A stretch of DNA of 64,000 nt from Octopus sinensis (Eukaryota), in assembly GCF_006345805.1 (NCBI RefSeq), contig NC_043003.1, forward strand, positions 63,612,001 through 63,676,000, in the 5' to 3' direction. The translations under genes and the position numbers were made by a program. This document shows, one piece after another, positions 27,479 to 39,970 of the stretch; the first letter of the stretch is position 1; every line of letters begins with the position of its first letter. The notes below the pieces were generated by a model. It saw nothing but the letters and a program-made list of their open reading frames with translations. It had not been told where the DNA came from and did not search any database.

Positions 27479-27991
27479 AGGCAGAAAGCTGGCTGAAACG
27501 GTAGCACACCGGGCGAAATGAGTTCAAATTCGGCCGAAAGCGACTTTGCCCTTTATCCCTTCGGGGTCGATAAATTAAGTACCAGTGGAGGCACATGGTC
27601 TAGTGGTTAGAGCAGCGGACTCACGGTCGAAGGATCGCAGGTTCGAATCTCAGACCGGGCGATGTGTGTGTTTATGAGCGAAACACCTAAACTCCACGCA
27701 ACTCCGGCAGAAGGTATTGGCGAACTTCTGCTGACTCTTTCGCCAAAACTTTCTCTCACTCTTTCCTCCTCCATCTTGCAGCTCACCTGCGACGGACCGG
27801 CGTCCCATCCAGGTGGGGAACCTCTACGCCAAGGAAACCGGGAAACCGGCCCTATGAGCCAGGCATGACTTGAGATGGAACAAACAACAAATTAAGTACC
27901 AGTTACGCACTGGTGTCGATGTAATCGACTTAATCCCTTTGTCCTTGTTTGTTCCCTCTATGTTTAGACCCCTGTGTGCAATAAAGAAATA
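27479..27991 (+). mobile_element. SINE family B (GCAATAAAGAAATAA tail) hosting a C2 insertion
   Basis: The body is split by 27586-27888; flanks TATTACTAGTCTA / TATTATTAGTCTA are a probable TSD. Confidence 0.85.
27586..27888 (+). mobile_element. SINE C2: tRNA-Arg-like head with a different (RTE-like) tail
   Basis: 14-bp TSD AAATTAAGTACCAG (27572-27585, 27889-27902); head similar to 31411; tail CCTGCGACGGACCGGCGTCCCATCCAGG..GGAAACCGGGAAACCGGCCCTATGAGCC. Confidence 0.88.
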
Positions 27992-28012
27992 AATATATTA
28001 TTAGTCTAGTAA

Positions 28013-31000
28013 AGAGGTGAGCAAGCAGAATGGTTAGCACGCCGGGCAAAGTGCTTAGCGGCATTTTGTCTGACTTTATGTTCTGAGTTCAAATTCTGCC
28101 GAGGTCAGCTGCACCTTTCATCATTTCGGGGTCGATAAAATAAGTATCATTTGAGCACAGGTGGTCGATGTAATTGACTTTACCCCTCCCTCAGAATTGC
28201 TGGTTCTGTGCCAAAATTTGAACCCCAAATCAGTATAGTGCCCATTTCAACTTTGTGAAGATATTGACACAGAATGTAGTGTAGTATTACTCATCCGGTG
28301 TAAAAGTGACCGAGAGAACAGCATTCCCCCAACAACGGGACGCCGACCCGTAGAGAAGAGGGGAAAATCGATTACATCGACCCTAGAACCCGAATGGTAC
28401 GTTATTTTATAGAACATGAACGGCTGGAGGCAAGGACGACCTCGATGCGATTTGAACTCAGAATATGAAGAAAAGCATTTTGCCCGATGTGCTAACGATT
28501 AAAACTACGATACACAGTAAACTTCCCGCAATAGGTGAAAATCCGCGAAGTAGAAACAGTACTGTATATATATGTTTTTAATTATTTTTATAAATTGTAT
28601 ATATTTATTTTATTATAAATGCAAAACAACACCACAGAAGAATTGACGAAAGCTTAAATAATAAACCGCGATAGGTGAACCGCAATATGTATTCCTTTCT
28701 ACTACAGACACAAGTGTATGAAATTTTGTGGGAGGACGATACTCGATTACATCGACACCAGTTCCCGTCTGGTATTTATTTCATCGACCCCCAAAGTGAT
28801 GAACGATAAAGTCGAACTCAGCGGAATTTGAACTCAGAACGTAAAAACGAACGAAATGCTGCTAAGCCGTTCGTCTGAAGTGTTAACAATTCTGCCAGCT
28901 CGCCACTTTATATTTTGATATATTCTTTTCTACTCTAGGCACAAGGCCCGAAATGTTTGGGGAGTGGGGCCAGTCGATTAGATCGACCCCAGTACGCAAC
29001 TGTTACTTAATTTATCGACCCCGAAAGCATGAAAGGCAAAGTCGAACTTGGCGGAATTTGAACTCAGAACGTAAAGACAGACGAAATACTGCTAAGCATT
29101 TCGCCTGGCGTGCTAACAATTCTGCCAGCTCACCGCCTTATACTATGATATATTATAAGACATTTACTATGGTACTGTACTGTTTCTCCAAAGTTTCGGT
29201 CTTGAAATATAATTTCGATTTCATTAGTATCATTTGTATCTAAGATGGTAACTACAACAAAAAATTTTTTTTGTTGCGAAACGCACTAATGTCAATTTAT
29301 CTTTTTACAACCTACTTCCGGTTCATGAATAAGAGGCAATAATAGTATAAGGTGGTGAGCTGGCAGAAACGTTAGCACGCCGGGCGAAATGCTTAGCAGT
29401 ATTTCGTCTGCCGTTACGTTCTCTGTGTTTAGCCCCTTGTGGGTAGTAAAGAAATAAGCATTTCATCTGTCTTTACATTCTGAGTTCAAATTCCACTGAC
29501 GTTGGCTTTGTCTTTTACCTTTTAAGGGTCAATAAATTAAGTACCAGTTAGCCACTGGGATCGATGTAATCGACTCCCCCAACACTCCAAATTGCTAGTC
29601 TGGTGTCAAAATTTGAAGTCTATAAAATAATTGTTTAGAGCGGCGAGCTGGCAGAAACGTTAGCATGGCGGGCGAAATACTTAGCAGTATTCTCTAGGTT
29701 CTGAGTTCAAATTACGCCGAGTAGAAAAGAATGCTTAGCGGTATTTCGTCTGTCACTACGTTCTGAGTTCAAATTCCGCCGAGGTAGACTTTACCTTTCA
29801 TCCTTTTGGGGTCGATGAAATAAGTACCAGTTACGCACTGGGGTTTATGTAATCGATTAGCTTCTTTCCCCCCAAATTTACAAGGTCTTGTGCCTGAAGT
29901 AAAGACAATATAAGTACCAACTGAGCACTGGGGTCGATGTAATCGACTTCCCCGCCTCGTAATCGCTAGTCTTGCACCAAAATTTAAAACCAATAATATA
30001 ATACGCTTTTTTTTTTTATCGATCGATCGTTTAATTGTACCCTTTTTTTACGCAAACCGGTTTCTACCAAACCTCTGCTTTTTGTCCATTTCCGTGTACT
30101 TTGCAGCTCTACTCATTTTAGCAATTAAATATTTTTGTCAATAAACTTACTACATGAGGCATCTTTTCATAAACCGGAAACGAATGAATAAATCTACAGC
30201 AATAATCTGGACGAAAGTTTGCATTTCAGGGGTATTTATACATATGCGTATAACAAGCATAACAAGGGAAGCACAAATAATACAAAGGCAGAGTAAACTA
30301 CATACATAATAATAATTTTCTTCTCTAGGTACATGGCCTGAAATATCAGGGGAGAGTAAAGTCGATGACATTGATTCCTGTACTTGACTGGTGCTTAATT
30401 TATCGACTTCGATAGGATGAAAGGCAAAGTCGAACTTGCGGGAATTTGAACTCAGAACGTAGCGACAACGAAAAACCGCTAAGCATTCTTTTCTACTTTA
30501 GGCACAAGGCCCGAAATTTTTGCAACTGGTGCTTAATTTACCGAAAGGAGGAAAGGCAAAGTCGACCTCGGCGGAATTTGAACTCACAACGTAAAGACAG
30601 ACAAAATGCTGTTAAGCATTTCGCCCGGCGTGCTTAACGTTTCTGCCAGTTCGCTGCCTTTCGTGTCACTCTATATTGGTTTGAAGTTTTGGCACATGGT
30701 GGTTATCAATTTCCGGAGAGGGGTTAAGTCAATTATATTGATTCAAGTGCTCATCTGGTGCTTGTTTTAACGACTCCGATAAGATGAAAGGCAAAGTCGA
30801 CTTCGGCGGAATTTGAACTCAGAGCGTAAAGATGGACGTAATGCCGCTAAGCTTTCTTCCAACTCACCTTCCTTCGCCAGTTACTACAAAAACGATAATA
30901 AATCGTTTATGTAGATCGACTCCAGTGCGTAACTGGTTCTTAATTTATCGACCCCGAAAGGATGAAATGCAAAGTCGACTTCGGCGGAATTTGAACACAG

Positions 31001-31390
31001 AGCGTAAAGACAGACGAAATACAGCTAAGCATTTCGCCCGGCGTGCTAACGTCTTTGATGCCAGATCACCGCCTTCATTAAAACGGACGAAATACTGCTA
31101 AGCATTTTGTCCAGCGTGCTAACGATTCAACCAGGTTCGCCGTCCTACTGCATACATAATAATGACTGGAATAATAGAAATCATACATAACAACGGTTTC
31201 TAATTTTATCATAAGACCAGCAATTTTAGGCAAGGGCTCGACAGATAATTTTTTATCTACTCCGAAAGAATAAAAAGCAAAGTCGACCTGAACAGGAATT
31301 GAGCTCAGCATGTAAAGAACCGGAGGAAATACCACTAAGTCTAATTTTTTTCCGACGCGCTATAGATTTTGTCAAGTAGCCACCCTTCGT
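28013..31390. mobile_element. Dense cluster of about 12 SINE family B copies and fragments in both orientations
   Basis: Recurrent GAATTTGAACTCAGAACG / GAGTTCAAATTCCGCCGAGG and CTGGGGTCGATGTAATCGAC motifs at about 28013, 28350, 28700, 28928, 29350, 29638, 29930, 30320, 30495, 30675, 30915, 31200. Confidence 0.88.
28515..28689 (+). mobile_element. Possible pogo/Tigger-like MITE fragment
   Basis: Starts CAGTAAACTTCCCGCAATAG with internal CCGC(A/G)ATAGGTGAA repeats; no intact right TIR. Confidence 0.35.
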
Positions 31391-31410
31391 CGGCTTCTAC
31401 ATGAATGATA

Positions 31411-31798
31411 GTGGAGGCGCAATGGCCCAGTGGTTAGGGCAGCGGACTCGCGGTCGTAGGATCGTGGTTTCGATTCCCAGACCGGGCGTTGTGAGTGTTT
31501 ATTGAGCGAAAACACCTACAGCTCCACGAGCTCCGGCAGGGCATGGTGGTGATTCCTGCTGTACTCTTTCACCACAACTTTCTCTCACTCTTTCTTCCTG
31601 TTTCTGTTGTACCTGTATTTCAAAGGGCCGGCCTTGTCACTCTCTCTGTGTCACGCTGAATATCCCCGAGAACTACGTTAAGAGTACACGTGTCTGTGGA
31701 GTGCTCAGCCACTTACACGTTACTTTCACGAGCAGGCTGTTCCGTTGGTCGGATCAACCGGAACCCTCATCGTCGTAACCGACGGAGTGCTTCCATCC
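31411..31798 (+). mobile_element. SINE family C, full length
   Basis: 12-bp TSD ACATGAATGATA (31399-31410, 31799-31810); tRNA-like A box TGGCCCAGTGG and B box GGTTTCGATTCC. Confidence 0.95.
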
Positions 31799-31849
31799 AC
31801 ATGAATGATAATAAATATGATCTGCAAACTAAGTTAGTGTCACACTATA

Positions 31850-32000
31850 TTCTTTTCTACTCTAGGTACAAGACCCAAAATTTGGGTGGGGTGGGGGAGG
31901 GGGCAAGTCGATTACATCGACCCCAGCAACCGGTGCTTAATTTATGGAAAGGATGAAAAGCAAAGTCGATCTCGGCAGAATTTGAACTTAAAACGTAAAA
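31850..32000 (-). mobile_element. SINE family B, 3' part
   Basis: CCTAGAGTAGAAAAGAAT tail and body. Confidence 0.75.
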
Positions 32001-32559
32001 ACAATACATCTCATAGTTGTAAAATAAGGCATTTTGAAACTACATATACATCAGCAACAAAAAGCTAGCTGCGAACTCGCTGTGCACCGGCGCACTTTAT
32101 GTGTAAATAAAACACTGATGTCGAGCAAACGAATAAATATATGTAAATAATATTTCTTCCTCCTTGGTGCTGATTCTTCGATGGTGTTGATTCTTCGAAC
32201 AGAGTAGTGACATTTAGTAAAGATAAACTGGAAGTTGTTCCTCTTCGATCACTATCATAAACAGCAGTAGTTTTCTTCATCCGAATACACGTCGTTGATT
32301 GGTTGAAATTAGCAAAATACGACAACTTTAACACGAAATAACTTCTAAATTACGAAATTTTGTCAAAAACGTTCAGAGTTAACTGTGTTCTACATGAGAA
32401 ATTCTACCAGTATTCGAAGTTTCAAACTGTTTAGTTAAAAGAAATTAATTAAAAGATCTATGATTGAGATGGAATAGAACCAGTTGTTCTTGGAAAGAAG
32501 GTGATATAAAAACTTGCAAAATTTAGCCCGAACACCCGGTGTATATATCAATCAGTTCC

Positions 32560-32700
32560 CATCAACCAAATTCATTTACAAGGAATTGGTCGGCCAGGGA
32601 CTCAAGTAGAAAACACTTACCGAAAATCCCGCGCAGTGGGACTGAATCCGAAACCACGTGATTGCAAAACAAGTTTCTTAACCACGCCGCCATGTCTGCG
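32560..32700 (-). mobile_element. SINE family A, 5' half
   Basis: Degenerate head with GGATTCAGTCCCACTGCG. Confidence 0.7.
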
Positions 32701-33371
32701 ACTATCTTGTTAAAAAAACAAAAACAAAAGAAGTACAAAAATTCATCAAAAATGTTCTTTAGAAGTCAGTTGTAATTTAGGTTGTTGATAACCTGCTATT
32801 ATAGCAAATATATTAGTTTCTATTGAGTGAGGATAAATGGAAAAGAGTGACGTTTACGCCTTCAAAGTGTATTAACATCCTAATGGAAGTAAAATAGCTG
32901 CAAGCGAAAATCGAAACGAATATGACTCACCTCCTTAGCTTCACAGCGCTCACCAAATAAAATAGCCTCTACATGGTTGTTCAACCCGCTAAAAATAGTA
33001 GCTAATTTTTTTCCATACGCCAACCGCTATGAGATTACAATGCATTAAAAAGAGAAAGATATATTGGGTAATATAGTTCTTTGAGTGGAATGGGCAAGAC
33101 TGGCATGTCTTTCACGATAGGAGGCTTGCTCGAATAGCGCGATAAGCTAGGGATAAACAGCAAAAATAGATCTCGAAGGTGTGTCAAAAAATTAATTAAA
33201 GGAACTTAATAAAGATAAAAAAGAAAATTAACTTGGTGATGAAAGTTATATTTTGACTTAATATTTACAATTGGTTAATTAGCAAAGAATTCGATTCCGC
33301 CAGAAAATATAGATTCAAAGCTAACTGTTCATAGGAAACTAGTAAGGGAACCGGGAAATGCAAAATAGCCA

Positions 33372-33483
<112 letters not shown>

Positions 33484-33784
33484 TGAGAGAGATGCATACA
33501 TCATATATACATACATGTATGCACAAACATACATATACATATATAGACATGCGCACACACGCACGCATATATGTAAACACTACGTGGGAAATAGTTTATG
33601 TTCAACAAGTGAAACCTAATAACAGAAATCAATATAATGAAACGAACCCAGGAAATACCAATTACTTTAATCGATAGTATTTTGGGGACAGCGTTTGCAA
33701 ATTCTATAACGAACAATAAATACTACCTTTGTATCTATATGACTAACTATACAATGCATACATCCCCCCCACATAACTAGCTAT

Positions 33785-33849
33785 GAATGCATATATGCAT
33801 GAATGTGTATATATATATACGTATATGTGTAGATATATGTAGATATATA

Positions 33850-33897
<48 letters not shown>

Positions 33898-34113
33898 AAT
33901 ATATACTTATATATGTATATATATATGTACATTTAATATATATATATGTATATATATTTGTATATATATGTATATTTTATATATATGTATATATATGTGT
34001 GTAGATATGTATACGTATATATGTATCCGTATATATACATACATTATATATATATACACATACATTATATATATATATACATTATATATACATATATATA
34101 TATACATATATTG

Positions 34114-34147
<34 letters not shown>

Positions 34148-34250
34148 CATATGTTTAAACACACACACACATATATATATACATATGTTTAAATACACAC
34201 GCACACACATATATGTAACTTATACGCACACACACACACACACACACACA
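33785..34250. repeat. (TA)n/(CA)n low-complexity tract
   Basis: Directly visible. Confidence 0.95.
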
Positions 34251-34799
34251 CCAACTTACCAGCAATAGTTACTATAATGGGAATATTATCGATCATTGCT
34301 ACTCTAAGGCCCACAGTGTGGCAATGTTTCCAACTGCAGTTGGTGCTTGTTGACGGATATACCTGAAGCGAAAAGAACTACTCAAGCAGTCAACATGTAT
34401 TATGTATAGAAATATTGAAATAATGAAATATGGGTCGATCAGCCGTGAACGAGAGGGTTAGGGGTTAGAGTTGGGATTAGAGAAGTGGATGGTTGTGGAA
34501 ATAATGTTTGATTCTGCTGTGCAATTGGTCTTCAATATTTCCTATGACTCAGTTACCCCCGTAGGGATACATGCAATAAAAATAGCAGTTTCGACCGCAG
34601 CCGCAATTAAGTGTAGTACAGGCAGTGTTGTGTTCGAAGCAATTCAATAACTACAGAAAAATGACCAATAAAACAATAAGTGTCCATGAGAATAGTTTTA
34701 ATAATAGTAACGGTGCTAACGTTTTCTCAGACTCAGATATAGGGTGACACGAATTTAGTTGGCAGTTCATATTTATTATCGTTTATGGAGAGACTGGGT

Positions 34800-36485
34800 T
34801 TAGGATGGTGAGTTGGGAGAGCAGAGGTGTCGATGTAATGGATTTAACCCCTTCCTCAGAAATTGCTGACCACCATGTGCCAAAACTTGAAACCAATATA
34901 AAGTGACACGAAAGGCGGCGAGCTGGCAGAAACGTTAGCAGGCCGGGCGAAATGCGTAGCCGTATTTCGTCTGCCGTTACGTTCTGTGTTCAAATTCCGC
35001 CGAGGTCGACTTTGCCTTTCATCCTTCCGGGGTCGATTAAATAAGTACCTTTCACTGGGGTCGATATAATCGACTTAATCCATTTGTCTGTCCTTGTTTG
35101 TCCCTTCTGTGTTTAGCCCCTTGTGGGTAGTAAAGAAATAGGTATTTCGTCTGCCGTTACGTTCTGAGTTCAAATTTAGCCTTCTCTGTACCACTCAGGC
35201 GGCAACCTTCCAGCCCACGGGTCTATTTGTGTTGACGTTGCTAAAGGTCGTTTTACAAGTTGAGAGTGCAAATCCCGAACTCAACCTTTTTATGACACGC
35301 AAAGGAAATGTTGGGTCTATTCTTTGACATGTCGCACCCCTACACACGCACGCACGCACACACACGCACACACGCACACATACACACACACACGGCACTA
35401 GAGCAACGTAAATTAAAGTGTTTCACTGACAATCGTGAGTACAACATCCTAACCACTAGTTGTTTCAAATTTTGGTACGGGGCCAGCAAATTTCGAAGAG
35501 AGGTGAAGCTGATTTCATCGACCACAGTATATGACTGGTACTAATTTTAAGTCCCCCGAAAGGGTGAAGAGACGAAATACCGGTCAGCATTTTGTCCAGC
35601 GTTTTCTCCGGTATGTTATCGATTCTGGCAGCTCGCTGCATTTATGACAACCACAATGATCCTTTCTACTATAGGCAAAAGGCCTGAAATTTCTTAGGGG
35701 ACAGAGCTTGTCAATTACATTGATCCCGGTATTTAACTGATACCTATTTCATCGATCCCGAAGGGACGGAAGGCAAATGCGACTGCATTAGAAATTGGAG
35801 TCAGAGCATAGAAACGGACGAAATACCAGTAAACATTCTGTCCGGCATGCTAACGATTCTTTTATACTCTAGGCACAAGGCCCGAAATTTTGGGGGAGGG
35901 AGTCAATCAATTAGATCGACCCCAGTATACAACTGGTACATAATTTATCGACCCCGAAAGGATGAAAGGCAAAGTCGACTTCGGCGGAATTTGAACTCAG
36001 AACGTAGCGGCAGACGAAATACCTATTTCTTTACTACCCACAAGGGGCTAAACACAGAGAGGACAAACAAGGACAGACAACCGGATTAAGTCGATTATAT
36101 TGACCCCAGTGTGTAACTGGTACTTAATTTATCGACACCGAAAGGATGAAAGACAAAGTCTACCTCGGCGGACTTTGAACTCAGAACGTAGCAGCAGACG
36201 AAACACCGATAAGCATTTCGCCCGGCGTGCTAACGTTTCTACCAGCTCGTCATTTTTATGAGAACTATGATAATCCTGTCTTCTATGGGCACAAGGACTG
36301 AAATTTGGTGGAAGCGGGGTGGTAGTCGTTCACATCGACCCCAGTACTCAACTGGTACTGAATTTATCGACTCCGAAAAAGACAGAAGGCAAAGTCGACA
36401 TCGGTGAAATTTGAACTCAGAACGTAAGAACTGCTGCTGAGCACTTCGCCCCGCATGTTAACGATTGTGCCAGCTCGTCACCTTT
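34800..36485. mobile_element. Cluster of SINE family B copies, including dimers at 34913-35180 (+) and 35862-36250 (-)
   Basis: Tail|GGTATTTC junctions at 35141 and 36023. Confidence 0.9.
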
Positions 36486-36940
36486 ATGAGAACTGTAATA
36501 ATAAATTATTATACTATTTCAAAAACACAAAGCACCCTCTCAGTATTAGTGAACCACAGCTGGCTTTTCTCCAGTTACACTTTACTCATAAGATACTTGA
36601 CTCTCAGACAAAAATATAGATTTAACCTCTAAAGAAAATCAAAGAATTTGGATATCTCAGACAACAAAATAGATTTAAGCACTGAAGAAAATTTAAGAAA
36701 TTGGATATTTTCAAAACACCAGTTTCCTACTAAACAACGAATACAAAATCTAGTTAAAGTGGTATCGTTCGTTCATTCATTGTTAAGTAGTTTTCCAAGA
36801 CATGGAAACACGAAAATCCGATTAACTGGAGGTATCAAGTATATTTGGTAAGTTATAAAAATAATACCAATATATTAAAGAAATCAGATAGAAAAAAATT
36901 CGTGCGAATGGAATTTATAAAGAAAATGAAATAAAGTTTT

Positions 36941-37091
36941 AGGCGCAGGTATAGCTGTGTGGTTAAAAAGCTCGCTTTGCAATCATATGATTTCGAGTTC
37001 AGACCCACTGCACAGCACCTTGGACAAGTATCTTCTATTTTACGCTACAGCCGACCAAATGGGCGTTTAAACAAGACACGTGTGACATCGA

Positions 37092-37132
<41 letters not shown>

Positions 37133-37441
37133 AAAATTCTATAATCATAATTAAGGTTCAGCAAAAATTGCTTCACCACATACCGAAATTTAGAAATAGC
37201 AGCTAACTACTATTCCACTACCATAAGATAACTTATGATAGTGGAATAGTATTTAACTGCTATTTCTAAATTTCGGTATGTGTTGAAGCAATTTTTGCTG
37301 AACCCTAATTATGATTATGCTTATAATTAGAGAATTTTTGTATAAGGTTACCGATAATAGTTCTTTTAACATACCGAACTACTTGGTAAAATGATTTATT
37401 ATTAATTGATTAATTAATTTTACTCTTTTTTATTATTGATA

Positions 37442-37489
<48 letters not shown>

Positions 37490-37765
37490 CGCGTAGATAG
37501 ACAAATAGACATATTTGCATATGTGTGTGTGAACACTCGCGTGCATATATGTTGGTGACGTATTTTTCACCCCTCACCTCAACAGTCGATAACCGGTGTT
37601 CGTTTGTTTACGCCCCCTCCATCCGTAAGTTGATGGATCGGCAAACGACACCAATAGAAAAAGTATCAGACTTTAAAATCCAAGTACCCGTGTCGATTAA
37701 TTCGATTAAAACCCTTCTAGGTGGTGCTCTTGCATGGCTACAGTTCAATGACTGAAACAAGTAAA
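36941..37765 (+). mobile_element. SINE family A split in its central microsatellite by a foldback element
   Basis: 5' half 36941-37060 and 3' half about 37530-37765, same orientation. Confidence 0.65.
37127..37344. repeat. Foldback palindrome, 87-bp core arms with a 4-nt loop
   Basis: 37141-37227 is the reverse complement of 37232-37318 (about 5 mismatches); outer TATACAAAAATTCT / AGAATTTTTGTATA also pair. Confidence 0.92.
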
Positions 37766-37971
37766 TGATTAAAGATTATTAAACATATTTAATGACTTAT
37801 CAAAGTAAAACCGACAACACTCGACAAAAAAGATGGGCAGAAAAAATTCACTAAAATGAATTTATATGTGTTGAGGAATATTTTACGAAACTAAATCATT
37901 CATAATTTTTCTGGAATCTTCTTTTCGGGACTCTGCTGAAACTGGGACACTATTTAAACTTAGTATGATAG

Positions 37972-38790
37972 AAGGGTGGCGAGCTGGCAGAATCGTTAGC
38001 ACGCCGGGCGAAATGCTTGGCGGCATTTCGTCTGCGGCTACGCTGTGAGTTCAAATTTCACCGAGGTCGACTTTGCCTTTCATCCTTTCGGGGTCGATTA
38101 AATAAGTACCAGCAACGCACTGGGGTCGATGTAATCGACTTAATCTGTTTGTCTGTCCTTGTTTGTCCTCTCTGTGTTTAGCCCCTTGTGGGTAGTAAAG
38201 AAATAGAAATAGGTATTTTGTCTGTTGCAACGTTCTGAGTTCAAATTCCGCCGAGATCGACTTTGCCTTTCATCCTTTCGGGGTCGATATAATCGACTTA
38301 ATCCCTTTGTCCGTCCTTGTTTGTCCCCTCTATATTTAGCCCCCTGTGGGCAATAAAGAAATAAATATAAGTAAGTAAGTAAGCAGGCAGAAATGTTAGT
38401 ATGCCGGACGAAATGCTTAGTAAATACAGACGAAATGTCGCTGAGATTGATTATACCTTTCACCCTTTCGGGGTTGATAAATTAGGTACTTGTTGAGCAC
38501 TTAGGTCAATATAATCGACTTACCCTCGCCCCAAATTACTGGCCTTGTGCTAAAATTTGAAACCAACATAATCAGAAAATAGGGCGATGAGCTGGCAGAA
38601 TCATTAGTATAGCGAGCAAAATGCTTAGCCGCATTTTGTCAGTTTCCACCTGAGTGAAAATTCGGCCGAGGCCCACTTTACCTTTCGATGATCGATAAAG
38701 CAGGTACCAGCTGAGAACTGGCATTGATGTAATCGATTTACTCTATGCCATCCGAAAGTGCTGGCCTTGTACCAAAATTTGAAACCAATA
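37972..38790 (+). mobile_element. Nested and tandem SINE family B array (four units)
   Basis: Head 37972, junction tail|GGTATTTTG at 38212, GCAATAAAGAAATAA tail near 38364, further heads near 38386 and 38581. Confidence 0.9.
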
Positions 38791-39013
38791 TAAGAAAAAA
38801 GAGTAAAAAGTAGCTCCTGACTACCAACCAAATGAGTACCAATTACTTATTTTTTTAGGAGTGGCTGTGTGGTAAGTAGCTTGCTTACGAACCACATGGT
38901 TCCGGGTTCAGTCCCACTGCGTCGCACCTTCGGCAAGTGTCTTCTACTATAGCCTTGTGAGGAGATTTGGTAGACGGAAACTGAAAGAAGCCCATCATGT
39001 ATATACATATATA

Positions 39014-39304
39014 TAAGAAATTAAAAAAGGAAAATACGCACACTTACATGGTTATAATATAATTTTTAATGTATCGACCGGTTTCGCAATCGTTATTCAT
39101 GATATAATGTTTAATTTATATGAATATATATTTCACTCGTGAATTTCATTACAAACAACATGGACAAAAATTCTTCTTAAGAAAAAATATATATTCATAT
39201 AAATTAAACATTATATCATGAATAGCGATTGCGAAACCGGTCGATACATTAAAAATTATATTATAACCATGTAAGTGTGCGTATTTTCCTTTTTTAATTT
39301 CTTA
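39014..39304. repeat. Inverted repeat, 120-bp arms (1 mismatch) with a 51-bp spacer
   Basis: 39014-39133 versus 39185-39304, checked base by base. Confidence 0.97.
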
Positions 39305-39391
39305 ATTTTTTAATTACAATCCACCACGTGGGGACAACCGAAATTCCTTTTTTCTGTTACTACTACTACTATATAATATATATATATATAT

Positions 39392-39667
39392 ATAAATGAA
39401 AGAATGGAGTCGAACGAAGATGTTAACAAAATTCCTTTACTCTCGACATATGTTTCGAAGACAACATGTTTTCATTCCAAAGGAATAGGCAGTCATCGAA
39501 ATTTTTGTTTGTCTTGTTGTCGAGAGAGGCTCCTTTTCTTTCCTGATGAGAAGATTGCATAATGTACCCTTTATTCCTTTGGAATGAAAACATGTTGTCT
39601 TCGAAACATATGTCGAGAGTAAAGGAATTTTGTTAACATCTTCGTTCGACTCCATTCTTTCATTTAT
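39392..39667. mobile_element. Perfect 96-bp inverted repeat with an 84-bp spacer; Penelope-type inverted pLTR remnant
   Basis: 39392-39487 versus 39572-39667 are identical in reverse complement; contains a hammerhead motif. Confidence 0.85.
39532..39625 (+). ncRNA. Type I minimal hammerhead ribozyme
   Basis: Stem I CCTTTTCTTTC/GAGAGTAAAGG (10 of 11 pairs), CTGATGA 39543-39549, stem II GAAGA/TCTTC, GAAA 39603-39606, palindromic stem III ACATATGT, GTC cleavage triplet ending at 39614. Confidence 0.85.
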
Positions 39668-39818
39668 TCATACACAACACACAAATTTCTGCACATGAAC
39701 CCGGAGTTTCTACCCTTGGACAGGTTGCTTCAACCGTGTTTCTGACGTGAATTTGCTACCCAGGTTTCGGTTAAACGAATTTTCCATACTGACGATAAAC
39801 ATAGGATAATTCATTCAC

Positions 39819-39919
<101 letters not shown>

Positions 39920-39924
39920 TGTGT

Positions 39925-39970
<46 letters not shown>

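Noticed and set aside
31411-31490. Possible tRNA gene
   Set aside because: It is a SINE head: no acceptor-stem closure, it continues into a SINE body and is flanked by a TSD. The same applies to 27586, 44833 and 62226.
32270-32548. Possible Tc1/mariner end (..CACCCGGTGTA)
   Set aside because: No matching opposite TIR found.
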